A stretch of DNA of 64,000 nt, from the NCBI RefSeq assembly GCF_964355755.1, contig NC_092673.1:8866001-8930000 (forward strand), written 5' to 3'. Positions 49,736 to 62,487 of this stretch are shown one piece after another (position 1 is the stretch's first letter; the number at the start of each line of letters is the position of its first letter). This DNA comes from Antedon mediterranea (taxonomy: Eukaryota > Animalia > Echinodermata). The position numbers and the translations under genes were made by a program. The notes under the pieces were generated by a model. It worked only from the letters and a program-made list of their open reading frames with translations. It was not told the origin of the DNA and made no database searches.

Positions 49736-52004
49736 CTAGTATCGACCACGTAAACATGGTTCACAGTGCTGGCATCCTCATCAAGTAACAAGTACCCATT
49801 AACTAGTATCGACCACGTAAACATGGTTCACAGTGCTGGCATCCTCATCAAGTAACAAGTACCCATTAACTAGTATCGACCACGTAAACATGGTTCACAG
49901 TGCTGGAATCCTCATCAAGTAACAAGTACCCATTAACTAGTATCGACCACGTAAACATGGTTTACAGTGCTGGCATCCTCATCAAGTAACAAGTACCCAT
50001 TAACTAGTATCGACCACGTAAACATGGTTCACAGTGCTGGCATCCTCATCAAGTAACAAGTACCCATTAACTAGTATCGACCAAATGGTTCACAGTGCTG
50101 GCATCCTCATCAAGTAACAAGTACCCATTAACTAGTATCGACCACGTAAACATGGTTCACAGTGCGGGCATCCTCACCAAGTAACAAGTACCCATTAACT
50201 AGTATCGACCACGTAAACATGGTTCACAGTGCTGGCATCCTCATCAAGTAACAAGTACCCATTAACTAGTATCGACCACGTAAACATGGTTCACAGTGCT
50301 GGCATCCTCATCAAGTAACAAGTACCCATTAACTAGTATCGACCACGTAAACATGGTTCACAGTGCTGGCATCCTCATCAAGTAACAAGTACCCATTAAC
50401 TAGTATCGACCACGTAAACATGGTTCACAGTGCTGGAATCCTCATCAAGTAACAAGTACCCATTAACTAGTATCGACCACGTAAACATGGTTTACAGTGC
50501 TGGCATCCTCATCAAGTAACAAGTACCCATTAACTAGTATCGACCACGTAAACATGGTTCACAGTGCTGGCATCCTCATCAAGTAACAAGTACCCATTAA
50601 CTAGTATCGACCAAATGGTTCACAGTGCTGGCATCCTCATCAAGTAACAAGTACCCATTAACTAGTATCGACCACGTAAACATGGTTCACAGTGCTGGCA
50701 TCCTCATCAAGTAACAAGTACCCATTAACTAGTATCGACCACGTAAACATGGTTCACAGTGCTGGCATCCTCATCAAGTAACAAGTACCTATTAACTAGT
50801 ATCGACCACGTAAACATGGTTCACAGTGCTGGCATCCTCATTAAGTAACAAGTACCCATTAACTAGTATCGACCACGTAAACATGGTTCACAGTGCTGGC
50901 ATCCTCATCAAGTAACAAGTACCCATTAACTAGTATCGACCACGTAAACATGGTTCACAGTGCTGGCATCCTCACCAAGTAACAAGTACCCATTAACTAG
51001 TATCGACCACGTAAACATGGTTCACAGTGCTGGCATCCTCATCAAGTAACAAGTACCCATTAACTAGTATCGACCACGTAAACATGGTTCACAGTGCTGG
51101 CATCCTCACCAAGTAACAAGTACCCATTAACTAGTATCGACCACGTAAACATGGTTCACAGTGCTGGCATCCTTATCAAGTAACAAGTACCCATTAACTA
51201 GTATCGACCACGTAAACATGGTTCACAGTGCTGGCATCCTCATCAAGTAACAAGTACCCATTAACTAGTATCGACCACGTAAACATGGTTCACAGTGCGG
51301 GCATCCTCACCAAGTAACAAGTACCCATTAACTAGTATCGACCACGTAAACATGGTTCACAGTGCTGGCATCCTCATTAAGTAACAAGTACCCATTAACT
51401 AGTATCAACCACGTAAACATGGTTCACAGTGCTGGCATCCTCATCAAGTAACAAGTACCCATTAACTAGTATCGACCACGTAAACATGGTTCACAGTGCT
51501 GGCATCCTCATCAAGTAACAAGTACCCATTAACTAGTATCGACCACGTAAACATGGTTCACAGTGCTGGAATCCTCATCAAGTAACAAGTACCCATTAAC
51601 TAGTATCGACCACCTAAACATGGTTCACAGTGCTGGCATCCTCATCAAGTAACAAGTACCCATTAACTAGTATCGACCACGTAAACATGGTTCACAGTGC
51701 TGGCATCCTCATCAAGTAACAAGTACCTATTAACTAGTATCGACCACGTAAACATGGTTCACAGTGCTGGCATCCTCATCAAGTAACAAGTACCCATTAA
51801 CTAGTATCGACCACATAAACATGGTTCACAGTGCTGGCATCCTCATCAAGTAACAAGTACCCATTAACTAGTATCGACCACGTAAACATGGTTCACAGTG
51901 CTGGCATCCTTATCAAGTAACAAGTACCCATTAACTAGTATCGACCACGTAAACATGGTTCACAGTGCTGGCATCCTCATCAAGTAACAAGTACCTATTA
52001 ACTA
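49672..52004 (+). repeat. 67-bp tandem array (~35 copies) starting inside the terminal coding exon of CATSPERB
   Basis: Unit gtatcgaccacgtaaacatggttcacagtgctggcatcctcatcaagtaacaagtacccattaacta starts at 49672, 49739, 49806 and onward. Copies are nearly identical. Confidence 0.98.
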
Positions 52005-54756
52005 AATCTAGTTTGACATTCTTAAATTAAATTGTTTGACAAGCATTCTTATTAGTGAAATCATGTTTGCTGTTCACCTGGTTTACCTTAAAGCCTGTTT
52101 TCCACGGCGTATTCGTTCGCACGAATCAAAACCATCAGCTTATATGCATGTGTGTTCCTATTTCCATCCCCAGAAAATAAATTCGCAACCAAATCATAAC
52201 TCAAGAAGCATGCTTTACTTCAGGAGACCTGCTAACATCCTTTACAAATACCCAGTGAATGCCATGCCATGTTTTGTATTTGAACCAAAAAAATAAAGAT
52301 TCATATTCTGTCTATAAGGTGAACATCTAGACAAATCTTGTATATAAATAACATATTTAACTTCCTGATTCCTGTTAAAAATGTTAATGTTGATTAAAAT
52401 ATTTGTCGATATAAATATATATATATATATATATATATGCACTTGATGTGCATACAATTGTTAATAGTTTGATTGTTGAGCTATTATTAGCCATTGTTGT
52501 TTTATATACTATACTGTACTGTAAGTTATACTGTGCATAGTACTAGTACAGTAGGTGGTCTATTCAACTGATCTATCTACCATTTACCCATTGTAAATAC
52601 TTCTATTACTAGATTAAGCTAGTTTTAAATAAACTCATAGAAAATGTTAATAACAAATTGTAAAAATCCAATTATTTTCTAAAACTAAATAGTATTACAA
52701 AAATCTATGTTTTTATATCAGAGTATTCTTGGCTTTCTCATGAGCATCTGTCACAATTGCTACTGACTCTAATTTATGAACTGGTGTTTCATCTCTAATA
52801 ACCGAAAGTCTGTCAGATTAAGCATATTTTTTTCTAGGTCTGATAAAGACTGACAGATAAGCCATGGTTGGAGGAAGATCAGCTTTAATCCAAAACGATG
52901 GTAGAAGGCTATTATCAAAAAAACAAAGAAATCAAACATTTAAACACTTATCAACATTGAGGCTCGAAAATTACACAAAAAACAGGTTGTTGGTTAATGA
53001 ATCCAAGCAATCTCAAGAAAGAAGGAACAAACTTTCTTTCAAATTAAGAGAAGACTTATTTATTGCAATCGAACAAAAATCTATGAAAAAAACATTGTTG
53101 GTACTAATCCCTTTGGATTCTTATACTTTTTAGGAAAACATACAATAGCAAAATTACATTACAGTAGATTCAGGACGACCAAATTAATCCTTCCACAGCT
53201 CATGTCATATTTAAAAGAAGCACGGGAAATTGAATATTTGCATTTCATCAATATTACAGTGAACTTGGAATAAGTTTTACTGGTCTCCACCAAAAGCAAT
53301 TTTGTGTCCAAAATCACATTGCCATTATATTGATAAGTTTTTAGTCTTTTTGCCATTCTCTACTGGTTGAGTTAAAAAAAGAAAAGGCGAAGAAGCTTTT
53401 TATACATCTAACATCTCTTTATTATTATGATTTTAGTTATTCCAATATAAATTATTTGATAGTGGTAGTAGAATAATTCATCAAACTATACATATGACCC
53501 AAATGGCGTATTCCTAAACATTGTAAATTTTTGAAGGCAAAACACCTGTATCGAACTAAACAACAACTCTGAAAAGTGAGCAAAAATTTAAAAAAACATA
53601 ATTTAATTCGATTGAGTCACGTTATGTGTATCAATAACAATGACTACCATAGCCACAATCAAGGCAAGACCATGTTTGAAAAAACAACATATGAACCACT
53701 CATGGGAAAATAGACCTGTTAAAAAATGTATGTGATTGAAAAACTATGACAAAGAACAGAGGAAAGTCGGACACAATTGGTAAAACTGTATTCGGAATTT
53801 TAAAAAAAGTTATCCAACGATACCAAACAGTATGGTATTTGGTCTTTATTGGTCACGTGACTTGTTTTATTGCTAAATAACTATGACTTTTTTATATTGG
53901 TGTAATGGAATAATATGATCAGTATCAAATTTTCTTTCTTTTTCAGTGTAGGCTACAATATGGCTGCTTTACTCTGACCAAATTTTGTGCAACCCTTTCA
54001 TTCTGTTTTTGATACCCTAATGAACAACTGTTCAGGTTTCAGAATGTTATCACAATTTGAAGGATTGGTTTCCTTAACACACCTACTATTATTTAGTAAC
54101 TCCTATTAGGCCTCTTATCCATAGCCCAATCGGAATTACACTACGTCTTTTACTGCAACTTGGCTGAATAACAATATTACCAATCTAACCAACGTATACT
54201 TTATAGTGATGCCTCTGATTCTAAACACTGCTTACAATTATATTGAATCAATTTAAAAATCTTAATGAAAAACACTTTATTTTCCTCTCGTACACCTAGG
54301 CTTCCAGTGAGCAATGGTCTTTTGATATTCACTAATAACGCAAACTTGCGCTAAATATTTACATAATCCATCTGAAAAGGCTAATCACTTCAAAAAATCG
54401 TTTTCCCAACATAAAAAATGATACCAACTGCACATGGAAAATATATATCGTTGAGCTTGTGCACATTTTGTGTTCATAATCAGTGTACCATATCCCGCAT
54501 AAATGGCTCAGCCTATCGGTCATTCAATCTAAATTTTTTGGATTGCATATCGGAGATTAGCTACTTAAATATTTTACAGTCATACCACCTTCAGAGATTC
54601 AGCTTTTTTTCCACTAAATAGATTCAGTATTTTTAGAACTAGAAACGGAACATAAAATTGAAATTATGGGAAAGAATAGGGTTTATAAAATTACGTTATT
54701 TTGAGTGTATGCATTAGCAGCAGAAACACAGCATATCACATGCTTTATAGCAATTG

Positions 54757-57523
54757 TTTTATTTTATTTATTTCTTTATTCTGATACAAAATCAATAGGA
54801 TAAAAACACAAAAAGTACCGAGACGGCAAACTTATTTCCATTGTGGTCCTAAACAAATATAACAGAATAAACAAGGAAAACCACAATAACTTAAACATAA
54901 TACACAAACAAATAGCAAATTAAATTTCTCTTAATCTAAGAATTTCACAAAAATAACTTTTTGATCTCTGTTTAAATAATTGTAATGAAGAGGAGCTTTG
55001 AACAAAATAGGGGAGTGAATTCCATAACTGAATGCTTGTTATTAAGAAAGTTGACCTGTTGTGAGTTCCTATGACTGGAATTTGGATCGAAATGCTGTCT
55101 CTAGCAAATCTTGTATTGTGATTGTGACGTTGTCTCGTCAGGGTAATTGTATCCAGGTAAGTTGGAGCACTTTTGTTAATTATTTTATACATAATACATA
55201 GTTTCCTCACTTGTACTCTTAGGTCAACTGGCAACCAATTTAAGTTTACAAACTCATGTATACCTATATGAGATCGTGGTCCTAGGTTCGAAATGCACCT
55301 AATAATTTTGTTTTGAGACGTCTGTAGCCTATTTTTAATATATTTATTTGTACACGAGTACCATACACAGCACCCATAGTCATAATGACATTGTGTCAGA
55401 GAAGATGCAATTAATTTAAGAGCATATTTAGTAATATATTTTTTATTTCTATTAAGAAATTTAAGTATACAATGAATTTTATTGATTACTTTCATACCTG
55501 TAGCTGTACCAGTCAGGTTCTGGTCAAGATCAATTCCAAGGTATGTGATTGAAGATTTAGCAGTTATGTTTTTATTATTACAGGTAATTTTCATTTCTGA
55601 CTGTTTTCTACACATGGTTTTTGTACCAAATAAAATTGACTCCGTCTTACCAAAATGAAGGGATAATCTATTGTCAGAAAGCCACAGATTCAACGCTTGC
55701 AATTCATTACTTAGTCTGTTTTCAATATACTCTCGGTCTTTATTTGTGACCAAAAGGGCTGCATCGTCTGCATATAGCAACAACTCACAACCAACGGCCG
55801 ATTCCATGTCGTTGACATATAGCAAAAATAGTAAGGGACCCAGAATAGATCCCTGGGGTACTCCACATTTGACGTCAAGAAATGTTGATTTAGTACCTTT
55901 TATGTCAACAACCTGGGATCTACCGTGGAGGTATGATTGCATCCATGACAGAGATAGACTAGTAAAACCCATGGCCTTTAATTTATACAATAATATGTCG
56001 TGGTCTACTGTGTCGAACGCCTTTTGAAGGTCAATTATTATCATACCAGTCATTTTCCCTTTATCCCATCCATTTCTAACAGAATCCGATAGATGTATTA
56101 GACATGTTTCTGTAGAAAATGAAGGTCTAAAACCTGATTGATAGGTATAAAGAAGTGATTGGTCGTTTAAGTAACTCATTAATTGATTATACATAATACG
56201 TTCTATAATTTTAGACACTGCAGATAGAATTGAAACGGGTCTATAGTTTCCAGCATATAATCGATCTTTCTTTTTGTAAATAGGCACTACCTTAGCAGAT
56301 TTCCAATCAGAAGGGATATAACCGGTTGAAATAGATATATTTATAATATGGCTCAGTGGATGTAAGATAGCCAGAGCCCCATCTTTGAAAAATCTGGCAG
56401 GTACGGAATCTAAACCCGCACCTTTCTTACTATTTAAGTTGTTTATTATCGTTAGTACGGTTTGTTCATTTACTTCTTTAAAGGCAAATACACCTTTTTT
56501 ATCTGCATAGTAATGTTTAACGTGGTTTTCATTGTAAGTATTAGATGAAGGAGGGAGTTTGTTGACTAAATTTTTAGGAGTATTAATGAAAAAGGAATTT
56601 AAATAGTCAGCAATCGAGCTTTTGTCATAAATTATTTTATCTTCACATTTTAGAGCAATGTTTTCAGATTTATTTTCTGTTCCGGTACCTAAACTTGTTA
56701 AAACATTCCATAATTTTTTGGGGTTATTTTTATTTTCATTTAGTTTGTCCGAAAAATAAGATGACTTAGCTCTTTTTATTTTATATTTTACAGAATTTCT
56801 TAACTTTTTAAAGACAGTAAATATGTGCTCATTACGAGTTCTCTTAAATTTAGCTAAGCATTTATCACGTTTAATGATCAGATCTCTAATTTCTGATGTG
56901 AACCATGGTTTGGAACGTTGTTTAATTCTTATTTCTTTTAAAGGAGCAACTTGGTTGATGGCATTCATCATTTTTAGTTTGAACCAGTCCCATGCAGTGC
57001 AGACATTTGTGCAATTTGTGATATCGGACCAATCTAATTCATTTAATTTAGAAGTAAGTAGTTCTGATGAGTATGATTTCATAGATCGTATTTTAATCGT
57101 CTTATGCCTCTTAATCGGGATTTTAACTATCTTTCTGGTGCAGTAAGTTATAAAATGATCACTGACACCGTAAGGGATAACTCCGTATTGGAAAATGTTA
57201 AGAGGTTCGGATGAGAAAATAAGATCTATGATGGTAGAGGTAGTGCAAGTAATACGTGTTGGGTCCTTAATAAGTTGGATGAGATTAAACATATTACAAA
57301 ATTGGGACACCCATTTATTTTTACTTAAATTATTAGATGATACATCTACATTAAAGTCACCTAAAATAATAACTTCTTGACCTTGTAAAATATCTCCACA
57401 GATTGTCTCAAGTGAGGTAAAAAACGATCGCTGCTTTTCAGGTCGGTAACAGGTTCCGATTAGAATAGGTTTGGTTTTAGGTAATAATATATTTATCCAT
57501 AAAGATTCAATATCATTTATGTG
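54757..57523 (-). mobile_element. 5'-truncated CR1/L2-group (Crack/Daphne-like) LINE with uninterrupted EN-RT reading frame
   Basis: ORF 57310-54920 extends upstream in frame to ~57520 (DIESLWINILLPKTKPILIGTCYRP...ILGDFN). It contains the EN C-terminal SDH motif and RT motifs NYRPVSIL, QSGFR, DLQKAFDTVDH, GVPQGSILGPLLF and YADD. A short 3' UTR ends in an AATAAA-rich tail at ~54760. Confidence 0.93.
54920..57310 (-). CDS. LINE ORF2 remnant: partial endonuclease plus reverse transcriptase
   Basis: 796-aa stop-free ORF with the canonical non-LTR RT motifs; no native start codon because of 5' truncation. Confidence 0.9.
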   Translation of the reverse strand: MSQFCNMFNLIQLIKDPTRITCTTSTIIDLIFSSEPLNIFQYGVIPYGVSDHFITYCTRKIVKIPIKRHKTIKIRSMKSYSSELLTSKLNELDWSDITNCTNVCTAWDWFKLKMMNAINQVAPLKEIRIKQRSKPWFTSEIRDLIIKRDKCLAKFKRTRNEHIFTVFKKLRNSVKYKIKRAKSSYFSDKLNENKNNPKKLWNVLTSLGTGTENKSENIALKCEDKIIYDKSSIADYLNSFFINTPKNLVNKLPPSSNTYNENHVKHYYADKKGVFAFKEVNEQTVLTIINNLNSKKGAGLDSVPARFFKDGALAILHPLSHIINISISTGYIPSDWKSAKVVPIYKKKDRLYAGNYRPVSILSAVSKIIERIMYNQLMSYLNDQSLLYTYQSGFRPSFSTETCLIHLSDSVRNGWDKGKMTGMIIIDLQKAFDTVDHDILLYKLKAMGFTSLSLSWMQSYLHGRSQVVDIKGTKSTFLDVKCGVPQGSILGPLLFLLYVNDMESAVGCELLLYADDAALLVTNKDREYIENRLSNELQALNLWLSDNRLSLHFGKTESILFGTKTMCRKQSEMKITCNNKNITAKSSITYLGIDLDQNLTGTATGMKVINKIHCILKFLNRNKKYITKYALKLIASSLTQCHYDYGCCVWYSCTNKYIKNRLQTSQNKIIRCISNLGPRSHIGIHEFVNLNWLPVDLRVQVRKLCIMYKIINKSAPTYLDTITLTRQRHNHNTRFARDSISIQIPVIGTHNRSTFLITSIQLWNSLPYFVQSSSSLQLFKQRSKSYFCEILRLREI

Positions 57524-57771
57524 CTACAAAACGTGTAAACTGAACTTGACGTATTGGACATACACAGATTTTTATTTTCTTAATTTATAGGAAATAGAGC
57601 GGCAGTTTAGAGCATTTTGGTCAAACAAACAAGATACCAATATCTGAATATAGGAACAGTTGGTATGAAACATAACACATTCAGATATGGATGTCTACCG
57701 GGTCTCCCTGTTGCATGTGGCCCTTGGAACCAAAAAGAAGGGGGATATAACATTTATTTATTATTGTTTTT

Positions 57772-57910
57772 ATTTTATCTTTAGGCAATGTGGGCAAAGG
57801 TTACCAATAGTAAATTAATCACTGTCCTATCAGATAGGTGGTAATCCCCCTGATACAGGTGCTATTTTGTGAACCAGTTCAGCAGGGTAACCCCCTACTC
57901 TTCTCGAACA
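57772..57910 (-). mobile_element. 3' half of the same SINE family as 32968-33319
   Basis: Reverse complement of ttcga..agagtagggggttaccc...gaactggttcac...tatcagggggattaccacctatctgataggacagtgattaatttactattggtaa...gcctaaaga. Confidence 0.85.
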
Positions 57911-60900
57911 ATGACTCTAGATTGTGCATTTGACTCTAGATGTGCTAGATTAAACATTTTTTTTTTTTTTATTTTTTATTTTATTCAATTAAAACCAACA
58001 GCGATAAATACCGCCACTAACAGGTTTGAAACATAAAACAATACAACATCAAAAACGGTTAACAATAAAATACAGATAAAATATATAAATATATATATAA
58101 AACATAGATTGGCATGCCATAAAAAATTTCAATTAAAACAGGTTATGCAGACTGTTCAAGAAGTGAACACATCATCGTCCTCTTAAAATAACCAAGTCAT
58201 TGGGGTACCACATTAAACCAAATTTAAAAGATCCGGCAAACCATTAAATCGTCACTGCCAAACAAATTGTCCTCTGCATATGTCCGCCAAACACCCCCAA
58301 ATATTGACTCCTATGGCCAGATCAAATGTTCAAATTACCACATTATAACAAAGTATAATTGAATTGAATCAGCATATCTCGCTGATTACTAAATCAGACA
58401 AATTGTTTTTCTGTATGTGGCCCGTCGAACCTCACCAACATTGGTGATTGTGATTGTTTCGTTTTTGCGTACAAAAAAGACATTGCAAAACACCAAGGTA
58501 TCTTGAGTAATAGAAACCATTGATTAAAGTATTATTTTTCATAGTTTTATTATTGTCGGCAATGTGGGTTGTCCGTGTGCCGACTAGGCTATTTCATAAC
58601 CCATTCACATAGCCATAGCTAGTCTATAGTAAACAACACATGTTACTAATACCATTGATAAAACTGTTGATAATGACGTAATAGTTATACAGTAATACAA
58701 TTAGTAACTATAACGATAAACAATACAACAATAATAAAGTTAATAATGATTATATCAACATTGATAATAGTAATGAAAATCAAGAAAACAATAATAGTAC
58801 TGACGATACAATTAATAATGGTCTTGATATTGATAACGATAACATAAACACCGACTTAATTAATGGCAATAACAACGTAAATAATTAAAATACAAATGCT
58901 AATGTTACAAATAATGAGAATAAGATATAAGTAAAACTATTTACACCCATTTAAACACCATTTTGTGGAATATAAATAGCTTAAAAAGTAATTTCAGTGA
59001 TTGTAAATGTATTACATTTATTTTGTGATTTTAATAATATGTTTGGTTGTAACTTGGACAACCTCTACAACTACTACTATATTTAGGGATAAGATTGTAT
59101 AAGTAAATCGCCGCACAAGAATTATCTAGCTTACTATCTAAATACATTATATGGTTACGAATCAAAACGGAGAGCGATTCGATAATAATAATTGCTGTAG
59201 TTTATAGACCACCACAAAATTAACCATATATGCTATTGATAATAATTTATATGAAATACTTAATACTAAAATGAATACGCTGAATATTTGTATAAAAATA
59301 ATAACAAAATATTTATTTACTGGAGATGTTAATGGTAGAAAAACGACTAGGCCCTATAATTCGTTTTTATGTAATTAGAAGATATATTACAACTATATTT
59401 AAACTCATCACTTTGACGAGTTCGGGTTATCCGCGCAAGCGCAACATGCACGTACGTTAAGATAATAAACACCAAACATTATTATGACATCCTATGACAT
59501 GAAGTAAATATGTTTACAATTACGAATTGTACCCATTTTTCATACAGCAAATTACGGTATTTACAGAATATAGCCTATATTATATAGTACAGATAGATGA
59601 AAATACGAGACCCATTTTTTAATCCAGTTTTTGACGCATGAAGATGATTGTCTGAGCCAGATCATATTAAACTCGAAAGATACTCGTACACATAGGAAAG
59701 AAATGCGCGCTATGTTAAACGCGGTAATGCAAATAAGACTTTTTAAATTCAACTGACCAAAGATGACGTCACGATATCCGATATACAACATTTTTATATG
59801 AATTCATCTATATATAAATTTACGTAAGGGCAAAATTCGGTAAATCGCGCGTTATTTCTAGAATGTTTACTCGATGGTATATAAAGTTGGTTCGTACTTT
59901 CGGTACTGATTTTAACCACCAGATGTAACCCTGTTTACTAATTAAATTGAGTTCGATAATTAGTTATTGACGATTAAAACGAATTTAGGTTCAACGATTT
60001 GCCCCAAATAGGGGTGTTTTTCTAATGGATGTCCGTCTTGAAAAATACCCGCAGACAATAATACGAGGATGCTTCGCATTTTCGTATCTCCTCCTACGAT
60101 AATTGTTTTTAATGGCTGAAAACCGGTTGAACAGCTCGAGTACAGCATCGTAATGTTGAAGACAGGCCGATTTTTTTTTTAAATACTATTTTGATAGATT
60201 TAATATACGTTTATACAAATGTATTGATTTGCGATGAATGGAACATTCCAATCTCTGTTCCACAAGTGTCTATTCCCTCAGGCGTCGTAAAGGAAAGTAC
60301 TGTATAGGCCAACTCATAACAGAAATTCGATTCATTTTTTTTTTCAACCAACCCAACCATTTCAATCTGTGCTGCAGAGGTTGGATATACATTTTTTTAA
60401 ACAGATAATGAGCTAGCGCTTTCACTCGCCGTATATTATGTACACATCTTTATTATTGCAGTTAAACCACCCACATCACCACCCTTCCCTCACTGGCATG
60501 AGTAGCGTTGTAAAACCAGTAGAGGATGGGCCTACGGTAGGCCTACATCACATGCCCTAAACGCAGAACAACTTTGGAGGGTAGGGTAGGAACCAACTTA
60601 AGTATGAATTGGCTCTAAGAAACAATTGAAAACCATTATGCCTACTAATTAAGTTTTTGCCCGAATTTATGATTTTGCCCGAATAGAGGTGGTTTTCACA
60701 AATTGTTTTTTTTGTTAATTATATAAACATATACACGTCATAGTGATGTATCGTTACATGTACTATACTATTTCAATCGACGGTGATAGTTTCAACAAAG
60801 TATTAAATCGCAATGTTTTACTGTGTATAGTGGTATATTATTTGTAAAAAAAAAAACTTTGTCCTTTTGTAAAAAAGTTATGTTCACAAACATTAGGTGA

Positions 60901-61288
60901 TATGCTGTCCACAAAAATCGTGGAAAAAAGAAAGAATAAAGAAAATGAAAACAAATCCAGACAATCACAAGGACAGTGTACAACAAAAGTTACGTCAACA
61001 AGCGAGATGAGTTTTTTTGTAAGAAATATTTCTTATTTAGCATTGTGTTCTATAGTTCCAAATTTGCACCCATGGAACACATTAGAAAATGATTTACAGT
61101 TTGCCCTTACCTTTTCCCGAATTATGGCCATAATAGCCGCCCATACGGGAGGGCGCTATATTTTGAAAACAAATGTTGTGGTTCTCTGTGTGTGATTGAT
61201 TGTATTTCACGTCTAGCCTAGCCTTGGTGGTAGACCTATAAAGTACTGTAGGCCTAGATATATTGTTTATGTTGTTGTTTCATTTCAA

Positions 61289-61513
61289 ATGGAGTTGTTT
61301 AAGTCAGGTTTTTCGGGAGCAGGTAAACCTAAGGAGTTAGTAACTTCTCATAAAGTATCGCTATTAGTTCTTATTAATGCGTATTCTGAAAGTGATCAAG
61401 AAGGGCTGGAAGCCAGTCAGTCATTACTTGCAACTGATTCTTCAGAGTGTAAAAAGAAATGGAATATTCAAACAAGCAGAGAATTTGCAAAGTGCATGTT
61501 AAAATGGATTCAG
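61289..61513 (+). CDS. ANAPC5: Probable first coding exon of anaphase-promoting complex subunit 5 (gene continues beyond the window)
   Basis: MELFKSG...KELVTSHKVSLLVLINAY...REFAKCMLKWIQ|GTTTG resembles the APC5 N-terminus as I recall it (KDWVTPYKIAVLVLL...LLQ). ATG in aaATGg context and a CAG|GT donor. Only one exon is visible. Confidence 0.6.
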
Positions 61514-62149
61514 GTTTGCCATTTGTTTGTAGATACTGTATATAATATAGAACTAGGCCTAGCCTAGCTACAGTAGCCTCTAAGAGCCCAGAGGCCTGGG
61601 CTAGCCTAGGTAGGCCCTACTACATAAAAATAAAACTCATTTTGATTTATTTTAAATGTTTGTTTTTCAATTCATGTATTTCTTCAATCCAACCTAGCCT
61701 AGGGTAGGCCTTGGCAATGGCTAAAATAGGCCTATAGTATAGGTCATGATGGTCTTTATATGCATTGTTAGTAGGTGTTATAAAATACATAATATATAGG
61801 CCTAGGCCTAAGCTATTTATAATAAATTTATTACATAGGCCTACTACAATTTTGGAAAGTTATGGAAGGAAAGTAGTTTATCGAAATAATAATACAGTAA
61901 GAAAATGATCTAAACTAAAGTTCAGTGCATTCCATTACATTTTTCGTGCGTGTATCGAGTGAAGTCAAATTGTCTCGGGACAAATAAAATATTGAAATTC
62001 TTAAAAGAGGTTTAATAGATAAGCATTATTTTTTATTTACTAATTTTTTATTCTATTCAACAATATTTTACGAGGGTGGTCCATCCAGTCTAAACATGTA
62101 ATTGTAACAATATAAATCAAATTAAAATAACTTTCATTGATAAAGATAA

Positions 62150-62420
62150 AATAAAGCACAACATTTTTAAGAATAAAAAATAAATGAATCTCAGAAGAAA
62201 AGATAGAAAAAAGGAAGCAACTATAACAAGAAGATGTTTCTTGAGCAAATATTTAAAGGAAGAGTAAGATGAAGCAAGTAAGATATCTAAAGGAAGAAAA
62301 TTCACTTTCTTACGACTGGTAATTTTAAGTAGTTGGTAATATTAATAAAATATGCAATTTTTATATTTGAATTATTATTTGCCTGCCATCTTCTGTCATT
62401 AAAAATTGCGTTAATCTATA
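62150..62420 (-). mobile_element. Degenerate 3' end of a CR1/L2-group LINE
   Basis: Translation NFLPLDILLASSYSSFKYLLKKHL matches the WNxLP...S...FK..LK end of such ORF2s. Confidence 0.5.
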
Positions 62421-62487
62421 GAATATTAAATTATGCATTTGATGTATGTTGTTAGCGTGGCCGGTGTTCACCCATACAACAATCGTG

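Noticed and set aside
49672-52004. CRISPR-like appearance of the regular array
   Set aside because: Units are head-to-tail identical with no unique spacers, there are no cas genes, and the context is eukaryotic; it is a minisatellite.
52864-53356. Short ORFs downstream of CATSPERB
   Set aside because: No motifs or consistent splice structure; likely UTR or intergenic sequence.
55671-57380. Plus-strand ORFs overlapping the LINE
   Set aside because: Antisense shadows of the RT ORF with no independent motifs.
59960-60148. Possible divergent gene start (MRSILVLLSA) upstream of ANAPC5
   Set aside because: No downstream exons with recognisable coding signal could be linked to it.
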